Shown in pieces: positions 61,988-64,000 of a DNA stretch of 64,000 bases; the stretch's first letter is position 1, and every line of letters starts with the position of its first letter. A model generated the notes under the pieces. The model did no database searches. It saw nothing but the letters and a program-made list of their open reading frames with translations, and was not told the origin of the DNA. A program made the translations under genes and the position numbers. The DNA comes from Candidatus Bathyarchaeota archaeon (GTDB lineage Archaea; Thermoproteota; Bathyarchaeia; 40CM-2-53-6): assembly GCA_963733055.1 (NCBI GenBank), contig CAVTBR010000002.1, positions 32,001 through 96,000 on the forward strand. Reading direction: 5' to 3'.

Positions 61988-62436
61988 GCCTGTTTGGCAT
62001 GAAACTCAGATTGCGATGAGGCAGCCCGTGGATTGTTTTTGAGAGATTGGATCGATCGATTCCGTGAAGAGATCTTAATAGTTTGAAGTTGAATATTCCG
62101 TTCCGGATAACTGCGACCGTGCAAGGCTGGTTTAGGTTTTGAAATGCCCTCTTTGCGGTAAGAAGATGTCAAGCACGAGAGAGGGCCCGCCGGACAATTC
62201 GGCCGAAGGGGCCGATCGGCAAGAATTAATTTACTATTGCGAGCAGCACGGCGCAATGAACAAGCTGACCGACCTGAAAGATAAAGTGGATCAAGTAGCC
62301 AAGAAAGTCTAGAGTATTCTTTACCTAATCCATTCACGTTTGTTGACGTTCCGATCACGTAGAAATTTCCTTGGCTAGGCAAAGAGATTAAGGCGAGCTC
62401 GTCCATGCTTGGCAAATCACACTGAGTGTAAGGATC

Positions 62437-62889
62437 ATGCCATCTGAGAAATCGTGTGGAGCGGTAATCTTCAAGGAAGGAAAGGAGAGGAAGTACTTGC
62501 TCCTGCATTATGAGGGAGGCCATTGGGATTTCGTTAAGGGTCATGTCGAACGAGGTGAGACGGAGAAGGAAACAGTATTACGGGAAACTCAAGAGGAAGT
62601 TGGAACGACGGAAGTATCTTTCATCGAGGGTTTCCGACACCGGATCGGCTACTACTACAGGCGGGCTGGGGCTACAGTCTTCAAGGAAGTAATCTTCTAC
62701 CTATTAGAGTCAAAAACTGACGCCGTCAGACTCTCACGAGAACACGTAGGGTTCGATTGGATGTCATATGCTAGAGCGTACGACCGACTCACGTACAAGA
62801 ATGCCAAGGAGACCATAAGTAAGGCACGTGAGTACCTCGAAGGCCTGGATCAGGGAAAGCAGTTAGGGGCCGCCAAGGAAAGCAGCTAG
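62437..62889 (+). CDS. NUDIX hydrolase (Ap4A hydrolase-like)
   Basis: HWDFVKGHVERGETEKETVLRETQEEVG and LS.EH motifs. Confidence 0.9.
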   Translation: MPSEKSCGAVIFKEGKERKYLLLHYEGGHWDFVKGHVERGETEKETVLRETQEEVGTTEVSFIEGFRHRIGYYYRRAGATVFKEVIFYLLESKTDAVRLSREHVGFDWMSYARAYDRLTYKNAKETISKAREYLEGLDQGKQLGAAKESS

Positions 62890-63795
62890 CACGGCCCGAG
62901 CTCCGTGAAGTTTGTTCTCCCCTTGTTGCCAGACAATGCTTTGGGGACCTTCAAGTACGTCGTCGGTTATCTCTAAGCCGCGGTGCGCTGGCAGACAATG
63001 CATGACGGCAACGTCCGGTTTGGCTTTTGAGGCCAGCTTCGAATTAATCTGATATGACTTGAACGCACGCGCCTTCTGCTTTGCTTCCTTATCCTGACCC
63101 ATACTAACCCAAACATCCGTATAGATCACATCTGCCCCATCCACGGCTTTTACTGGATCCCGAACAAAACTTACGCTGCCGCCAGAACCCTTCGCGAGAG
63201 CCCTAGCCTCCTCGATGATCCGTTTGTTTGGATCGTAGCCTTTCGGGCATGAGACAACCATGTTCATTCCCATTGTGGCCGCTCCAAGTAACCAAGAATT
63301 GCACACATTGTTCCCATCCCCAACCCAGACAAACTTGACTCCTTGAAGAACCCCTTTCGCTTCGAGCACGGTCAGCATGTCTGCAATAATCTGCGTGGGG
63401 TGCTCTAGATCGCTCAGAGCGTTGATAATGGGTACAGGGGCGTATTCAGCAAACTCAACTAGGTTCTGGTGAGCGTACGTCCGGATTACTAACCCGTTGA
63501 GGTACGAGCCGAGAATTCTCGCAGTATCCTTCAGGGGTTCTCCACGCGATAGCTGTAGCTCATCAGCCCGCAGATACATCGCTTGCCCACCCAACTGGTA
63601 TACTGCCGCTTCGAAGCTCGCACGAGTTCGAGTAGAGGGTTTCTCGAATAGAAGGCCGACAACCTTCTCGGCAAGACGGTGCTCTACCGGTCCCTGCTTT
63701 GAGTCAGACTTTAGCCTCACGGCCAGGTCCATCAACGATTGAACTTCGTCGCGGGATAGGTCGCTTATGGATAGGAAGTCTCTACCGGCAAGCAA
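62863..63795 (-). CDS. argF: Ornithine carbamoyltransferase
   Basis: STRTR, HPTQ, SMG and HCLP motifs. Confidence 0.96.
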   Translation of the reverse strand: MLAGRDFLSISDLSRDEVQSLMDLAVRLKSDSKQGPVEHRLAEKVVGLLFEKPSTRTRASFEAAVYQLGGQAMYLRADELQLSRGEPLKDTARILGSYLNGLVIRTYAHQNLVEFAEYAPVPIINALSDLEHPTQIIADMLTVLEAKGVLQGVKFVWVGDGNNVCNSWLLGAATMGMNMVVSCPKGYDPNKRIIEEARALAKGSGGSVSFVRDPVKAVDGADVIYTDVWVSMGQDKEAKQKARAFKSYQINSKLASKAKPDVAVMHCLPAHRGLEITDDVLEGPQSIVWQQGENKLHGARAVLAAFLGGP

Positions 63796-63850
63796 TGCAT
63801 GTTACCGACTCGAAGTGAATCGGGGTTATTGAAAAATGCTTGCGACGATT

Positions 63851-64000
63851 TCAAGTTCCGCGCGGAATCACTTTCTGGGTCTTCGCGGCGTACTTCGGGG
63901 CCCTTCTTGTGGGGTCTATCAGGAACCTTCCTGACTTGAGAATATCCATTCCGATGAGGACTGGGTATCGCATGTCTGAACGATCATTCACTGTTACGGG
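63851..64000 (-). CDS. 3' end of a retropepsin-like (RimK-associated protease family) protein
   Basis: VTVNDRSDMRYPVLIGMDIL..FLIDP. Confidence 0.65.
   Translation of the reverse strand, partial: PVTVNDRSDMRYPVLIGMDILKSGRFLIDPTRRAPKYAAKTQKVIPRGT

Noticed and set aside
61984-62544. 186-aa minus-strand ORF or structured RNA in the 450-bp gap
   Set aside because: It overlaps the NUDIX gene antisense and has no recognisable motif; the local GC hairpins are weak evidence.
1-64000. CRISPR array, tRNA, rRNA, SRP or RNase P RNA
   Set aside because: No regularly spaced repeats or diagnostic motifs were seen by eye. Small C/D sRNAs cannot be excluded without a covariance search.
1-64000. Genome-wide TAG recoding
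   Set aside because: Conserved genes (for example those ending at 12521, 22478 and 59173) terminate at TAG at their expected C-termini.

Overview
Archaeal chromosome segment, about 50% GC by eye with frequent TTG/GTG starts. nop5, fibrillarin, trm1, a TFE-beta-like gene, an ATP-dependent ligase and PEF-CTERM-like surface proteins point to a TACK archaeon, most plausibly Bathyarchaeia (inference). There are three zones. (1) 1-29.3 kb is a catabolic island: peptide-type ABC transporter, 2 APC permeases, 2 pyridoxamine:pyruvate-aminotransferase-like enzymes, amidohydrolase, FAD oxidoreductase, LLM, AOR, M29-like hydrolase, HADH-family dehydrogenase, ALDH, a 3-subunit Mo-hydroxylase and 2 SCP2 proteins. 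It may encode an undescribed vitamin B6/pyridine catabolic route. (2) 14.3-18.5 kb and 29.5-34 kb hold a family of cargo-carrying IS6-like DDE transposons. One intact 3.69-kb element has about 50-bp structured TIRs and an 8-bp duplication (CATCTGAG) and abuts the end of a sister element. Three further relics keep only the transposase 3' tip, each followed by different small membrane or secreted cargo genes. (3) 34-64 kb carries redox genes, a PAS kinase module and core housekeeping genes. Several genes are split by 1-2 nt indels, four of them at or next to CGCG, which suggests long-read errors, perhaps at a methylated motif. No rRNA, tRNA or CRISPR array was seen. All product calls come from motif recognition by eye, not database searches.
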